Part shown: piece by piece, positions 38,458 to 48,560 of the stretch | Layout of the letters: each line of letters opens with the position of its first letter | Position numbering within the stretch: the stretch's first letter is position 1 | From: Candidatus Cloacimonadota bacterium | Lineage (GTDB): Bacteria; Cloacimonadota; Cloacimonadia; JGIOTU-2 | NCBI GenBank assembly: GCA_030613025.1 | Contig: JAUWMT010000002.1 | Coordinates: 19,945-83,944 of the forward strand | Direction of reading: 5' to 3' | DNA: 64,000 nt | Position numbers and translations under genes: made by a program | Notes under the pieces: generated by a model | Seen by the model: only the letters and a program-made list of their open reading frames with translations | Database searches by the model: none | What the model was told of the DNA's origin: nothing

Positions 38458-39393
38458 TTATTCAAAAATTGCTTTCACGAATTCTGTTGCATCAAAGTCC
38501 TTCAGATCGTCTATTTGTTCGCCAACTCCGATGGCTTTGATCGGTATCTGAAGACTATCTTTGATGCCGAGAGCTACACCACCCTTAGCAGTGCCGTCAA
38601 GTTTCGTGAGTATAATGCCGTCTATAGGTATGGATTCGAGGAACTTCTTTGCCTGCTGAACACCATTCTGCCCAGTGGTAGCATCAACGACAAGCAGAAC
38701 CTGATGAGGTGCATCAGATATGTGTTTCTGAATAGTCCGTTTTATCTTTTCAAGCTCTCTCATCAAATTTATTTTAGTATGAAGTCTGCCGGCAGTATCT
38801 ATTAGCACGACATCGTAGGACTGTGCTTTTGCAGACTGCATTGCGTTAAAAATTACAGACGACGGATCAGAGCCGTATTCCTGTCCGATGATTGTCACAC
38901 CAATTCTTTTTGCCCAAATCTCAAGTTGCTCAATTGCTGCAGCACGGAAAGTATCACCTGCAACGAGAAGAACCTTTTTGCCATTATTTTTGAAACGCTG
39001 TGCACATTTGGCAATGGTCGTAGTTTTGCCCACGCCATTCACTCCTATAAAAAGCAAAACATAGGGCTTCTCTTCGGGATTGAAATCAATGGCATCGACA
39101 TCTTTGTATTCATCATGGAGGATAGTAATAATGATGTTTTCCAGGGCTTTATAAACCTGTTCGGTTTTAGATAATTTTTGAAGTCGTATTTGCTCTTCTA
39201 ATCGTGAGGTAATTTTCCCGGTTATAGAAACACCAAGATCTGCCTGAATCAGGATGTCTTCAATATCTTCAATAAGCTCTTCATCAACTCTGCCGCTTAA
39301 CTGAACGATCTCGGCAAGACGCTTGATGAAAGAGTTATGTGTTTTTGCAAGTTTCTTTTTTAAACTGCTAACAATGGACAATAGTAACTCCAA
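38458..39393 (-). CDS. ftsY: signal recognition particle receptor FtsY
   Basis: SRP GTPase motifs GVNGVGKTTTIAK, DTAGR, TKLDGTAKGG; short N-domain form (311 aa). Confidence 0.9.
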   Translation of the reverse strand: MELLLSIVSSLKKKLAKTHNSFIKRLAEIVQLSGRVDEELIEDIEDILIQADLGVSITGKITSRLEEQIRLQKLSKTEQVYKALENIIITILHDEYKDVDAIDFNPEEKPYVLLFIGVNGVGKTTTIAKCAQRFKNNGKKVLLVAGDTFRAAAIEQLEIWAKRIGVTIIGQEYGSDPSSVIFNAMQSAKAQSYDVVLIDTAGRLHTKINLMRELEKIKRTIQKHISDAPHQVLLVVDATTGQNGVQQAKKFLESIPIDGIILTKLDGTAKGGVALGIKDSLQIPIKAIGVGEQIDDLKDFDATEFVKAIFE

Positions 39394-39513
39394 ATATTTT
39401 GCATCAAATTTTGTGAAGGTTAGAATGAATCAAGTTTTTTAGATACAAGTAAATTAGCTTGTCAATATAAATTACAAGCATATTAGCTTGTATGAATGAT
39501 AGTGTATAAAAAA

Positions 39514-39590
39514 TGGTGGGTGATACTGGATTCGAACCAGTGACCTCTACGATGTGAACGTAGCGCTCTAACCAGCTGAGCTAATCACCC
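39514..39590 (-). tRNA. tRNA-Val (anticodon CAC)
   Basis: minus-strand sequence GGGTGATTAGCTCAGCTGGTTAGAGCGCTACGTTCACATCGTAGAGGTCACTGGTTCGAATCCAGTATCACCCACCA folds as a cloverleaf (7-bp acceptor, GTTCGAATC T-loop, anticodon loop TTCACAT), CCA encoded. Confidence 0.9.
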
Positions 39591-39599
39591 GACCTAAAT

Positions 39600-39809
39600 T
39601 TATGCTTCTTTCTTAGCAAAGACTATATAAAATAAACGAATCGAGATGAGCACTATCGGTATAATGAGCCAAACATAGTCAACTTTTGTGAGCACCGGAA
39701 ATATCTTGATCACGACCCACATGACAAGTGCTGAAACGATCTGCGCTAATTTGAGATCGAGTATATTCATAAGTTTCATACGTTTATTAAAATAACTAAT
39801 AATATTCAT
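39600..39809 (-). CDS. small hypothetical membrane protein
   Basis: 69-aa ORF, two hydrophobic helices, immediately downstream of ppdK; no other support. Confidence 0.35.
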   Translation of the reverse strand: MNIISYFNKRMKLMNILDLKLAQIVSALVMWVVIKIFPVLTKVDYVWLIIPIVLISIRLFYIVFAKKEA

Positions 39810-42529
39810 TATTCTGGATTTTTTATTGCAGCTTGTGCTGCGGCAATGCGTGCGATAGGTACACGGAAGGGTGAGCAGCTCACATAATTTAAGTGTTCTT
39901 TATGGCAGAATTCAATCGAGCTGGGATCTCCGCCATGCTCTCCGCAAATGCCAATTATTAATTTAGGATTTGTTTTTCGACCTTTTTTAATAGCGATCTT
40001 TATCAGCTCGCCAATACCTTTTTGGTCAAGTGACTGGAAGGGATCACGATCTAAAATACCGATCTCTTTATATCGCTTGAGAAATTTTCCGCTATCATCG
40101 CGGGAAAAGCCAAAACCCATTTGTGTAAGGTCATTCGTACCAAAAGAGAAAAATTCTGCATACTCAGCAATCTCGTCAGCTACAAGACATGCACGCGGGA
40201 TTTCGATCATCGTACCCACTTTATAGTGAAGGTCAACACCGCATTTCCCGATGATTTGTGATGCGATCTCATGAGCTTGTTTCTCAATAAAAGTGTATTC
40301 ATTCACATCGCTGACAAGGGGGATCATTATTTCCGGTCTGGCATCGATTCCCTTTTCTTTGAGCTTGCAGGCAGATTCAATTATCGCTTCTGTCTGCATC
40401 TTATAAATATCAGGGAAGGTGATACCGAGACGACAGCCACGATGACCGAGCATAGGATTAAATTCTTTGAGCTGACTTATTTTCGCTTTAATATCTTGAG
40501 CTGATTTTTTGAATTTCTTGCTCAATTTTAGGATTTCTTCTTCATCCTGCAGCTCAGGAAGGAATTCGTGAAGTGGGGGGTCCAGCAAGCGGATCGTTAC
40601 AGGAAAGCCCTGCATCACTTCAAGAATACCCTTGAAATCCTCAATCTGATTCTTCTTCAATTCTTCAAGGGGGTATTTTCTTTCTTCAGGAGAATCTGCA
40701 AGGATCATACCGCGAACATAATCGATCCTGTCGTCTCCGAAGAACATATGCTCCGTTCTGCAAAGACCTATGCCGACTGCACCAAAATCACGGGCAATGC
40801 CGGAATCCTTTGGAGTATCTGCATTTGCATGGACATGCAATCTGGCACGTTCGTCAGCCCACTTCATAAGCTGTTCAAATTCTTTGGAAAATTCAGGAGA
40901 TTTTGTGCCAATCTTACCTTCAAAGACTTCACCGGTAGAGCCATCAAGAGAAATATAGTCACCCTCTTTGATCGTATGATCATTCACAAAGAATTTCTTT
41001 GCTTTAAGATCAATATTGATATCCCCGCAGCCAGCAACACAGCATTTTCCCATTCCCCGTGCAACAACAGCAGCATGAGATGTCATGCCGCCACGTACTG
41101 TAAGAATACCCTGAGAAGCATCCATTCCAGCGATATCTTCCGGAGAGGTTTCGGTTCGAACAAGGATCGTCTTTTCACTTCTTTCTTTCCATTTAACTGC
41201 TTCCTCAGCGTAGAAAACAACTTTGCCGACCGCTGCACCAGGAGATGCGGGTAATCCTTTGGTGAGATAACGGTTCTCTGTTTCCGCCTTTTCTTTTTCC
41301 TTATCATCAAAGCTGGGATGTAGGAGCTGGTCAAGCTGATTTGCCTCGACTCGCATAAGTGCAGTATCCTGATCGATCATTTTTTCTTTCACCATATCGA
41401 CTGCAATTTTTACTGCTGCTTTTGCTGTACGCTTGCCCGTTCGGGTTTGAAGGATGAACAGAGTGCCTTTCTGAATAGTAAATTCCAGGTCCTGCATATC
41501 CTTGTAATGGTCTTCGAGTTTTTTCTGAATTGTAAAAAGTTCTTTGCAAGCATTGGGCATTAATTCTTCAAGAGAGGGATATTTCTCTTCTCTTTCCTTT
41601 TTAGGAATATCATTATTCTCTGCCCACCGTATTGAGTTTTCTTTTGTAATTTCCTGTGGAGTTCGAATGCCGGCGACCACGTCTTCTCCCTGTGCATTTA
41701 TGAGAAATTCGCCGAAGAATCTGTTTTCACCGGTAGAGGGATCACGCGTGAAGGCAACACCTGTGGCACAGTCTTCACCCATGTTCCCGAAGACCATAGT
41801 CTGCACGTTCACTGCAGTGCCGAGAAGCCCTTTTATATTGTTCAGTTCGCGATATTTTATCGCACGAGGGTTACTCCATGAATTGAAAACCGAATCGATT
41901 GCCGACCAGAGTTGATCGTAAGGATTTTGAGGGAATTCCTTACCCATTTCTTCTTTATAGATTTCTTTATATTGCTCGACGACCAGCTTAAGGTCATCAG
42001 CGTTCAGGTCAATATCAAGTGTAACTTTTTTCATGTTTTTGATGCGTGTAAGTACATCTTCAAAAAGCTCAGAATCAATTTGATGAACAACATTTCCAAA
42101 CATTTGAATGAGTCTGCGGTAGGCATCCCTGACAAATCTTGCGTTTCCGGTTGTTTCAGCAAAACCTATTACTGATTTATCATTGAGCCCGAGATTGAGG
42201 ATCGTATCCATCATACCGGGCATGGACACAGCAGCACCGGAACGAACTGAAATAAGAAGTGGATTGTGAGCATCGCCAAATTTAAGATTCATTTCCTTTT
42301 CCAAAAGATGAAGGTTATTTTCAACCTCCTTCTTCAAATTTTCGGGATAGTGCTGGTTATGTTTGTTGAAATAATCGCATATTTCCGTTGATAAGGTAAA
42401 ACCTGGGGGAACAGGAATTCCGAGATTAGACATTTCGGCAAGATTAGCGCCTTTCCCACCAATGATTTCTTTCATTGTTTTATTGCCTTCGGTTTTTATT
42501 TTACCGAAATAATACACATGTTTAGCCAT
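39809..42529 (-). CDS. ppdK: pyruvate, phosphate dikinase
   Basis: 906 aa; N-terminal GGKGANLAEM, phospho-His region GGMTSHAAVVARG, C-terminal PEP-utilising TIM barrel. Confidence 0.95.
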   Translation of the reverse strand: MAKHVYYFGKIKTEGNKTMKEIIGGKGANLAEMSNLGIPVPPGFTLSTEICDYFNKHNQHYPENLKKEVENNLHLLEKEMNLKFGDAHNPLLISVRSGAAVSMPGMMDTILNLGLNDKSVIGFAETTGNARFVRDAYRRLIQMFGNVVHQIDSELFEDVLTRIKNMKKVTLDIDLNADDLKLVVEQYKEIYKEEMGKEFPQNPYDQLWSAIDSVFNSWSNPRAIKYRELNNIKGLLGTAVNVQTMVFGNMGEDCATGVAFTRDPSTGENRFFGEFLINAQGEDVVAGIRTPQEITKENSIRWAENNDIPKKEREEKYPSLEELMPNACKELFTIQKKLEDHYKDMQDLEFTIQKGTLFILQTRTGKRTAKAAVKIAVDMVKEKMIDQDTALMRVEANQLDQLLHPSFDDKEKEKAETENRYLTKGLPASPGAAVGKVVFYAEEAVKWKERSEKTILVRTETSPEDIAGMDASQGILTVRGGMTSHAAVVARGMGKCCVAGCGDINIDLKAKKFFVNDHTIKEGDYISLDGSTGEVFEGKIGTKSPEFSKEFEQLMKWADERARLHVHANADTPKDSGIARDFGAVGIGLCRTEHMFFGDDRIDYVRGMILADSPEERKYPLEELKKNQIEDFKGILEVMQGFPVTIRLLDPPLHEFLPELQDEEEILKLSKKFKKSAQDIKAKISQLKEFNPMLGHRGCRLGITFPDIYKMQTEAIIESACKLKEKGIDARPEIMIPLVSDVNEYTFIEKQAHEIASQIIGKCGVDLHYKVGTMIEIPRACLVADEIAEYAEFFSFGTNDLTQMGFGFSRDDSGKFLKRYKEIGILDRDPFQSLDQKGIGELIKIAIKKGRKTNPKLIIGICGEHGGDPSSIEFCHKEHLNYVSCSPFRVPIARIAAAQAAIKNPE

Positions 42530-42540
42530 GAAACCTCTTT

Positions 42541-43122
42541 CTATTTATATAAATTATATTTTGTAATAAAATCTTCAACCTTTTTTGGGACAAGTCCTTT
42601 TATTGACTGTCTTTTGGAACACATATTACGGATACATTGGGAAGAAATATTGATTATTGGCATTTCGAGGTATGAGAGATCCTGGCTGAATGGGAAATTG
42701 TTTGAATGATATTTTGGATCTGCAGGTCTGCTTATAATGACGAATTGAGCAAGACTCAATAATTCATTATATTTAAACCATGTTGAAATTTCTGCAACAC
42801 TATCTTCTCCCAAAAGAAAGAAGAGCTCGTCATTTGGATGTTTATTTTTTAATTTTTGCAGTGTGTAATAAGTGTATGTATAATTGCGAGCATGCTCCTG
42901 CTTTTCAAGTTCACTGATCTCGAAATAAGGTTTCCCTTCAAGAGCAAGATGAAGCATCTGAACTCTCAAGTCATAATGTATATGTGGTTTTTTATGTGGT
43001 GGATTACCTGCAGGAATAAAATAAATTTTATCCAGATGAAGTTTTTCGCGGCAATATTCTGCCATCCTAAGGTGGGCGCAATGGATTGGATCAAAGGTGC
43101 CACCAAGTATTCCCAATCTCAT
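42541..43122 (-). CDS. nadD: nicotinate-nucleotide adenylyltransferase
   Basis: GILGGTFDPIHCAHL (HxGH-type) motif, 193 aa. Confidence 0.9.
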   Translation of the reverse strand: MRLGILGGTFDPIHCAHLRMAEYCREKLHLDKIYFIPAGNPPHKKPHIHYDLRVQMLHLALEGKPYFEISELEKQEHARNYTYTYYTLQKLKNKHPNDELFFLLGEDSVAEISTWFKYNELLSLAQFVIISRPADPKYHSNNFPFSQDLSYLEMPIINISSQCIRNMCSKRQSIKGLVPKKVEDFITKYNLYK

Positions 43123-43124
43123 TA

Positions 43125-43937
43125 TCAGTTTGTTATGTGAGCGTTTATTTTTTCAATAAATGGATGTTCGGGATACTGTGAAGAGAATCGTTCTCCAATA
43201 TCAGCGAGTTTGTCCCAGTTCTTCTTTTTAATATAGATCTTCGCAGCAAGTTCAAGAGAATTTTCTTCGATCTCTCCAGTAATATTCTCATCAAATATTT
43301 CGTTAAGATACATCAATGATGCATTATAGTATCCCATCATATAATAAATATGAGCATTGAGATATTTCTTTTCCAGCAGCTTATTAGTGCAGGTGATTCT
43401 CATGTTTTCAACTTTATCGATGAGTTCAGATTTTGGATATTGAGCAATAAAATGATTGAATTGCTGAAGTGCATTTACCGTTTCCTGCTGGTCATACGCA
43501 GGTGGATAAGACAATTTAAACCAGGCAGTGCCAATCTTGTAATTTGCATCTTCATTATATTGAGAGTATGGGAATAATCGCATGAGTTGCTCATATTCGA
43601 AGATTGAGTCTTCATACAAGCGCATGTTGTAATAACAGTTTGCAAGTTGGTACTGAGCTCGTTTGACAAGGGTATCCCCTTTGCTCATATACGTAATGAT
43701 CTCATAAATATCTCGGGCTTTGCTGAATTTTCTTTTTTGATACAGGCCATCAGCTTCTATCATTTTTTCATGAGGATTGAAGTCACCTTTTGGAAGTTCA
43801 AAAGGACGCTCAAATGTGACATTCTCTTCCTCTTCATCCCAGTTCATGGGTGAAGGTGCTTGCGCAAATAGAAGATTCATAAAAATTATCGAAGTAAAGA
43901 TAAGCAATGTCAGGGTAGGTAGCACATATTTTTTCAT
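43125..43937 (-). CDS. TPR lipoprotein, BamD (YfiO)-like outer membrane assembly factor
   Basis: start moved to ATG 43937 (signal peptide MKKYVLPTLTLLIF...); TPR repeats throughout; 1-nt stop/start overlap with upstream gene. Confidence 0.55.
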   Translation of the reverse strand: MKKYVLPTLTLLIFTSIIFMNLLFAQAPSPMNWDEEEENVTFERPFELPKGDFNPHEKMIEADGLYQKRKFSKARDIYEIITYMSKGDTLVKRAQYQLANCYYNMRLYEDSIFEYEQLMRLFPYSQYNEDANYKIGTAWFKLSYPPAYDQQETVNALQQFNHFIAQYPKSELIDKVENMRITCTNKLLEKKYLNAHIYYMMGYYNASLMYLNEIFDENITGEIEENSLELAAKIYIKKKNWDKLADIGERFSSQYPEHPFIEKINAHITN

Positions 43938-43938
43938 A

Positions 43939-44691
43939 TTATCTGTTCTCCAGCATAACAATTCTTTCGCGCACGATAGCCAGACGTTCATAATCAGGAT
44001 AATGCTTTTGGATTTCTCTGAGCTGAGTAAGAGCACCGGTATATTGCTCCATTCCGATCAGGCAGAGTGCAATTTTAAGTTTCGCATCAACGATCTTATT
44101 GGATTCCGGATAATTAATGACCACTTTATCAAAGTTGAAGATAGCAGTTTCAAACTGATCAAGAGAATAATAACACTCACCGATCCAGTACTGTGCATTT
44201 GCAGCGAGATCATGTTGGGAATATTCCTTGATAAATTCTGAAAAAGTGGAGATCGATTTTCTGAAGTCCTTATCTACGTAATACTGTCTTCCTGTCTGAT
44301 AGAGTTTTTCCGGTGTGATCTCGTCTGATTTTGTAGTGGGTTTAGTTTGAGTATTATCGGCAATAGCAGGATTGGATTTAAGCTGAGCCAGTATCTTGTT
44401 TTGGGCTTCGATCTTAGAGTCGAGAGTTTTTACTTTTACCTCTAAGTTTGAGACCTTTGATTGCAGCACAATGATCTGATCGAGTTTGCTATTGAGCATC
44501 TGAAGATCTCCGGAAAATTGTTTTTCCTGTTGATCAATCGCTTCGGAATTCATCTTGATGACTTCTGCGAGATACTGAATCTGCTGCTCGTTTTTGCTCA
44601 TGGGCTGCTGTATATCCGTATAGGGTTGTTGCTGTGCGCAATGAGCGAGAAAAAGTAAAATCACTAAACCGAATACATATAATTTTTTCAC
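43939..44691 (-). CDS. lipoprotein with coiled-coil plus C-terminal TPR domain, CpoB/YbgF-like
   Basis: lipobox LAHC, Q/L-rich coiled coil, C-terminal TPR (YWIGECYYSLDQFETAIFNFDKV...). Confidence 0.55.
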   Translation of the reverse strand: MKKLYVFGLVILLFLAHCAQQQPYTDIQQPMSKNEQQIQYLAEVIKMNSEAIDQQEKQFSGDLQMLNSKLDQIIVLQSKVSNLEVKVKTLDSKIEAQNKILAQLKSNPAIADNTQTKPTTKSDEITPEKLYQTGRQYYVDKDFRKSISTFSEFIKEYSQHDLAANAQYWIGECYYSLDQFETAIFNFDKVVINYPESNKIVDAKLKIALCLIGMEQYTGALTQLREIQKHYPDYERLAIVRERIVMLENR

Positions 44692-44693
44692 CG

Positions 44694-46118
44694 TTAACCC
44701 CCATAGTGTTCAAAGAAAATTTTATACGCTTTATAGGTTGAGAAAATATCTCCTTTGCTTGAGATCTCAAAAGGAGAGTGCATAGCAAGAAGCGGTGTGC
44801 CGCAATCAATGACTTCTGCGTTGTGTTCAGCCATAAATTTTGCTATTGTTCCTCCACCGCCGATATCAACTTTTCCGAGCTCTCCGATCTGCCAGTTAAC
44901 ATTATAAGTATTAAAGAGTGCACGCAGTTTTGCAATGAATTCAGGATGGGCATCGTTAGAACCGCTTTTTCCTTTTGAGCCGGTAAATTTTGTCAGGCAT
45001 ACTCCATAACCGAGGAGAGGTGCGTTCTGTTTCTCGTGAACATCTTTGAAAGAAGGATTTATCGCTGCGGCCACATCGCCGGAAAGAATATTTGTTTTTG
45101 TTAATACCTTTCTTAAAATTTTTGAGCTGTCATATCCCTGAAAATCAATGATATCAGCAATAAAATCAAGAATGAAATCCGACCGGGCGCCGGTATTACC
45201 TTCGCTGCCTATCTCTTCTTTGTCAGCAAGAAATACTATTGAAGAAAGTGCGGGTTCGTCACTGTCCAGCAATGCACGAAGTGCAGTATAGGAACACACC
45301 CTGTCATCCTGTCCGTAAGCACCTACCATGCTGGCATCAATGCCAACATCTTTACTCGAAAAGGCAGGTACGATTTCAAGCTCAGCACTGATTAAATCTT
45401 CTTCAATAATACCATATTTTTCATGAAGGATGTTCAGGCAGTTCAATTTTACATTATCTTTTATCTCATCATCGGGGAAAGGTATTGAACCAAAAAGGAG
45501 CTGAAGTTTGTCTGCATCGATAGCTTCAGTTATCTTTTTTTTATCGTAATCTTTTGCAAGATGAGGAAGCAGATCTGCAAAAGTAAAAACCGGATCGCCG
45601 TCATTATCGCCAATAGAAATATCGATGCGGGTACCGTCTTCTTTAATTACAACACCATACAACGCAAGCGGGATAGACATCCATTGATATTTTCTTATGC
45701 CGCCGTAGTAATGGGTCAACATGATCCCGAGCTGTGTTGTTCCATCCTCAGAAAGTGGAACCTGCTTCAAATCGACTCGCGGTACATCGATGTGTGCAAC
45801 GATCAGGTTGCATCCGTTTGAAATATCTTTCTTGCCGGTTCGGAAAATCGTAATGTTCTTATCGCGGTTTATTCTATAATAGCCAGGTGCGGTCTTGGGA
45901 GCATCAGAATCAAGGGGTATGAACTTACGAGCTTTCAATATTTGCTCAGAAAATTCGACGGAGAGCCGTTCTGTTTTTGCTTCATCGAGGAATGCACAAT
46001 ATTCATCAGCCAATACAAAAGCATCTTCTCGTTCTTTCTCTGAACATATCTTCCAGAAGTTCTTCTTTTTATATGATAACTTGTCCTGCAGTTCTTTACC
46101 TTTTGATGATTTGGTCAT
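44694..46118 (-). CDS. metallo-aminopeptidase (M18/M42-like)
   Basis: 474 aa with AHIDVPRVD and other metal-ligand regions typical of M18-type aminopeptidases; family assignment from memory. Confidence 0.6.
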   Translation of the reverse strand: MTKSSKGKELQDKLSYKKKNFWKICSEKEREDAFVLADEYCAFLDEAKTERLSVEFSEQILKARKFIPLDSDAPKTAPGYYRINRDKNITIFRTGKKDISNGCNLIVAHIDVPRVDLKQVPLSEDGTTQLGIMLTHYYGGIRKYQWMSIPLALYGVVIKEDGTRIDISIGDNDGDPVFTFADLLPHLAKDYDKKKITEAIDADKLQLLFGSIPFPDDEIKDNVKLNCLNILHEKYGIIEEDLISAELEIVPAFSSKDVGIDASMVGAYGQDDRVCSYTALRALLDSDEPALSSIVFLADKEEIGSEGNTGARSDFILDFIADIIDFQGYDSSKILRKVLTKTNILSGDVAAAINPSFKDVHEKQNAPLLGYGVCLTKFTGSKGKSGSNDAHPEFIAKLRALFNTYNVNWQIGELGKVDIGGGGTIAKFMAEHNAEVIDCGTPLLAMHSPFEISSKGDIFSTYKAYKIFFEHYGG

Positions 46119-46130
46119 GAGATTCCTTTT

Positions 46131-47249
46131 TTATAAATTTTCTGCAACTGCGTTAGCCATGTCAAGAGTTGAGGAAGTGCCGTCCATATCGTAGGTACGA
46201 ACTTTTCCTTCTTCGATTACTTTTGAGATGGCATTCATCAGACGGTCAGCTTTTTCAGTCTCGCCTAAATAGTCAAGCATAAGTTTTGTTGTGATAAGCA
46301 TGGCAATAGGATTCACTTTATATTGTCCGGCATATTTTGGCGCACTGCCGTGAGTTGGCTCAAAGACTGCGAGTTTGTTTCCAATATTTCCGCTTGCAGC
46401 GAAGCCCAAACCACCGACCAATTGAGCACAGAGGTCGGAAATGATATCTCCAAACATATTACTGGAAACGAGCACTCCGTAATTTTGAGGATTTTTGACC
46501 AGCCACATTGCCATAGCATCGACATTGGTTTCCCACAGTTCAATTTCAGGATATTCCTGCGCGATCTTTCGTGCTTCTCTCACCATTAAGCCGGAAGTTT
46601 CCCTAATGACATTTGGTTTTTCGACTACTGTTACAGTTGGATAGCCGTGTTTCTTTGCATACTCAAAGGCATTGCGTACAATTCTACGGCACGCTTCTCT
46701 TGTAAAAATTCTGCAAGAGATCGCAAGATTATCAAGGGGTGTGTCGGCAAATTTTGCCATTTTATTATGGTTTTTTACAAGTGTATTAAAGACATTTTCA
46801 GGGACTGGATGGAATTCAACACCTGCGTAGAGCCCCTCTGTATTTTCACGAAAAACAACAATATCAATGTCATCTCTGTAATTGAGAGGATTTCCCTTAA
46901 ATGCCTTGCAGGGTCTGAGATTTGTGTGCAGATCGAATTTTTGGCGCAAGCCGACAATCGGGCTTGAATAGATAAGTCCTTTGCCTTGAAGTTCAGGAAT
47001 GAGTTCTGCTTCAGCTTCCTGTTTTGGTTTAGAAGTGATTGCTCCAAAAAGTGCGCAATCAACATTATTAAGAAGGTCAATAGTTCTGTCCGGAAGGGGA
47101 TTTCCTTCGGTTTTCCAGAATTCCCAACCAATGTCACCATGGATGTATTCTGCATCAAGTTTTAAGGTGTCCAGGATAATTTTAGCAGCTTCCATAACGT
47201 CGTTTCCTACGCCGTCACCCGGAAGCCATGCAATGCGATATGAGCTCAT
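46131..47249 (-). CDS. isocitrate / isopropylmalate dehydrogenase family enzyme
   Basis: 372 aa; NMFGDIISDLCAQLVGGLGFAASGNIG signature of beta-decarboxylating dehydrogenases. Confidence 0.85.
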   Translation of the reverse strand: MSSYRIAWLPGDGVGNDVMEAAKIILDTLKLDAEYIHGDIGWEFWKTEGNPLPDRTIDLLNNVDCALFGAITSKPKQEAEAELIPELQGKGLIYSSPIVGLRQKFDLHTNLRPCKAFKGNPLNYRDDIDIVVFRENTEGLYAGVEFHPVPENVFNTLVKNHNKMAKFADTPLDNLAISCRIFTREACRRIVRNAFEYAKKHGYPTVTVVEKPNVIRETSGLMVREARKIAQEYPEIELWETNVDAMAMWLVKNPQNYGVLVSSNMFGDIISDLCAQLVGGLGFAASGNIGNKLAVFEPTHGSAPKYAGQYKVNPIAMLITTKLMLDYLGETEKADRLMNAISKVIEEGKVRTYDMDGTSSTLDMANAVAENL

Positions 47250-47250
47250 T

Positions 47251-47733
47251 TTAATCCTCGTATGTGATATTTTTTATTTTATATTCTAAAATGCCGACTG
47301 GAGCTTTTACTTTGACTGTTTCACCAATATTTTTGCCGAGAAGAGCTCGTGCAATCGGAGATTTACAAGAGATCATTCTCACGCTCTTAGTTTTTCCTGT
47401 TTCATCTTCACCAACGATTTTGTAATTTAAGACTTTATTTCTTCTTATATCAAGAAGCTCAACTATTGCCCCGAAACGAATTGAATTTTTGTCAATATCT
47501 TCTGTATTGATGACTTTCAAACTTGCGATCTTTGCCTGAAGTTTTGATATTTCTGACTCTATAAAGCGCTGTTTTTCTTTGGCAGCATGATATTCTGCAT
47601 TTTCACTAAGGTCACCAAATTGCCGTGCGCGACCAATTTCTCCAATGATGGCAGGGCGTTCTTCCTGAATGAGATGTTCTAATCGCTTACGAAGATTCTC
47701 AAGCCCTTCTTTTGATATATATTCTTGTGTCAT
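47251..47733 (-). CDS. greA: transcription elongation factor GreA
   Basis: start set at ATG 47733 (MTQEYISKEGLENL...), 160 aa GreA-like; the ORF-track N-terminal extension overlaps the upstream gene. Confidence 0.85.
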   Translation of the reverse strand: MTQEYISKEGLENLRKRLEHLIQEERPAIIGEIGRARQFGDLSENAEYHAAKEKQRFIESEISKLQAKIASLKVINTEDIDKNSIRFGAIVELLDIRRNKVLNYKIVGEDETGKTKSVRMISCKSPIARALLGKNIGETVKVKAPVGILEYKIKNITYED

Positions 47734-48554
47734 TATGTTCTCTTTAATTTTTTCAAGGTTTTTTCTGCAGTATGGGCAGCTTTCTTTATGCGAATATTTC
47801 CGCTTTTTTCCCATCTTTCAACGATTTCACGAATCAATTGTGAATTCTCAGAAATAGAATCTGCAAGAATTTCAATGAAGTTTGGATTGTAGGTTGATTG
47901 ATAGGATCTGTAGGTATCACGGTAGAGTCTTTTGTCAATCTTGTATAAATTTTTTAATATTTGCACAATACCGTTTCGTATCATCTTGTTTTCGGAATTC
48001 CAAAAGGAGTCTATCTTTTGATTAATCGTCTTCGCTTTTACTTCATTTGTTTTCATGTATTTACAAAGCGTTGTAAATGCGCAATCGATGACATCATCTT
48101 TGGGCACCTGGCGGACAGTGTTGATAACGTCATCAATATATTTATCCGGATATTTTTTGAGTAACGGAAGAATAATATTATCATATATTTTCTTTATCTC
48201 GCTTTTATCATGAGTATCTTTAAGCGCTTTCCTGAAAATTTCATCATAGTCGCCAGGATGTTTCAACGCCACTTTGCTCATCACGTAATTAAAGATCTTT
48301 TTGCCGTAATCACCCTTATTTTTTTGAATAAACAGCAGAAAATCAATATAGGTATCAGGATCGTTTTGAATAACTTTTCTCATCTCTTTTGCAACGTACG
48401 TTACCACGGGCTGAGGTACTTCTCCATTGACTCGTTCGGGATATGCATTATAGATAATTTCAAAATCAAAGTCCTTGTCCGGTATCTTGTGCTCAAGGAA
48501 ATCAAGAGTATCTTTTTTCAGTCTTTGCTGCCAGTCATAAGTAATAATCATCAT
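47733..48554 (-). CDS. hypothetical helical-repeat protein
   Basis: 273-aa ORF in operon-like arrangement; no confident motif. Confidence 0.45.
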   Translation of the reverse strand: MMIITYDWQQRLKKDTLDFLEHKIPDKDFDFEIIYNAYPERVNGEVPQPVVTYVAKEMRKVIQNDPDTYIDFLLFIQKNKGDYGKKIFNYVMSKVALKHPGDYDEIFRKALKDTHDKSEIKKIYDNIILPLLKKYPDKYIDDVINTVRQVPKDDVIDCAFTTLCKYMKTNEVKAKTINQKIDSFWNSENKMIRNGIVQILKNLYKIDKRLYRDTYRSYQSTYNPNFIEILADSISENSQLIREIVERWEKSGNIRIKKAAHTAEKTLKKLKRT

Positions 48555-48560
48555 TCACCT

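Noticed and set aside
47734-47814. N-terminal 27-aa extension of GreA (start 47814), and similar ORF-track extensions for 43125-44036 and 53744-53980
   Set aside because: Internal ATGs at 47733, 43937 and 53938 have RBSs and give canonical protein N-termini (GreA length; signal peptide; AAGGAG-N7-ATG) and remove overlaps with the upstream genes.
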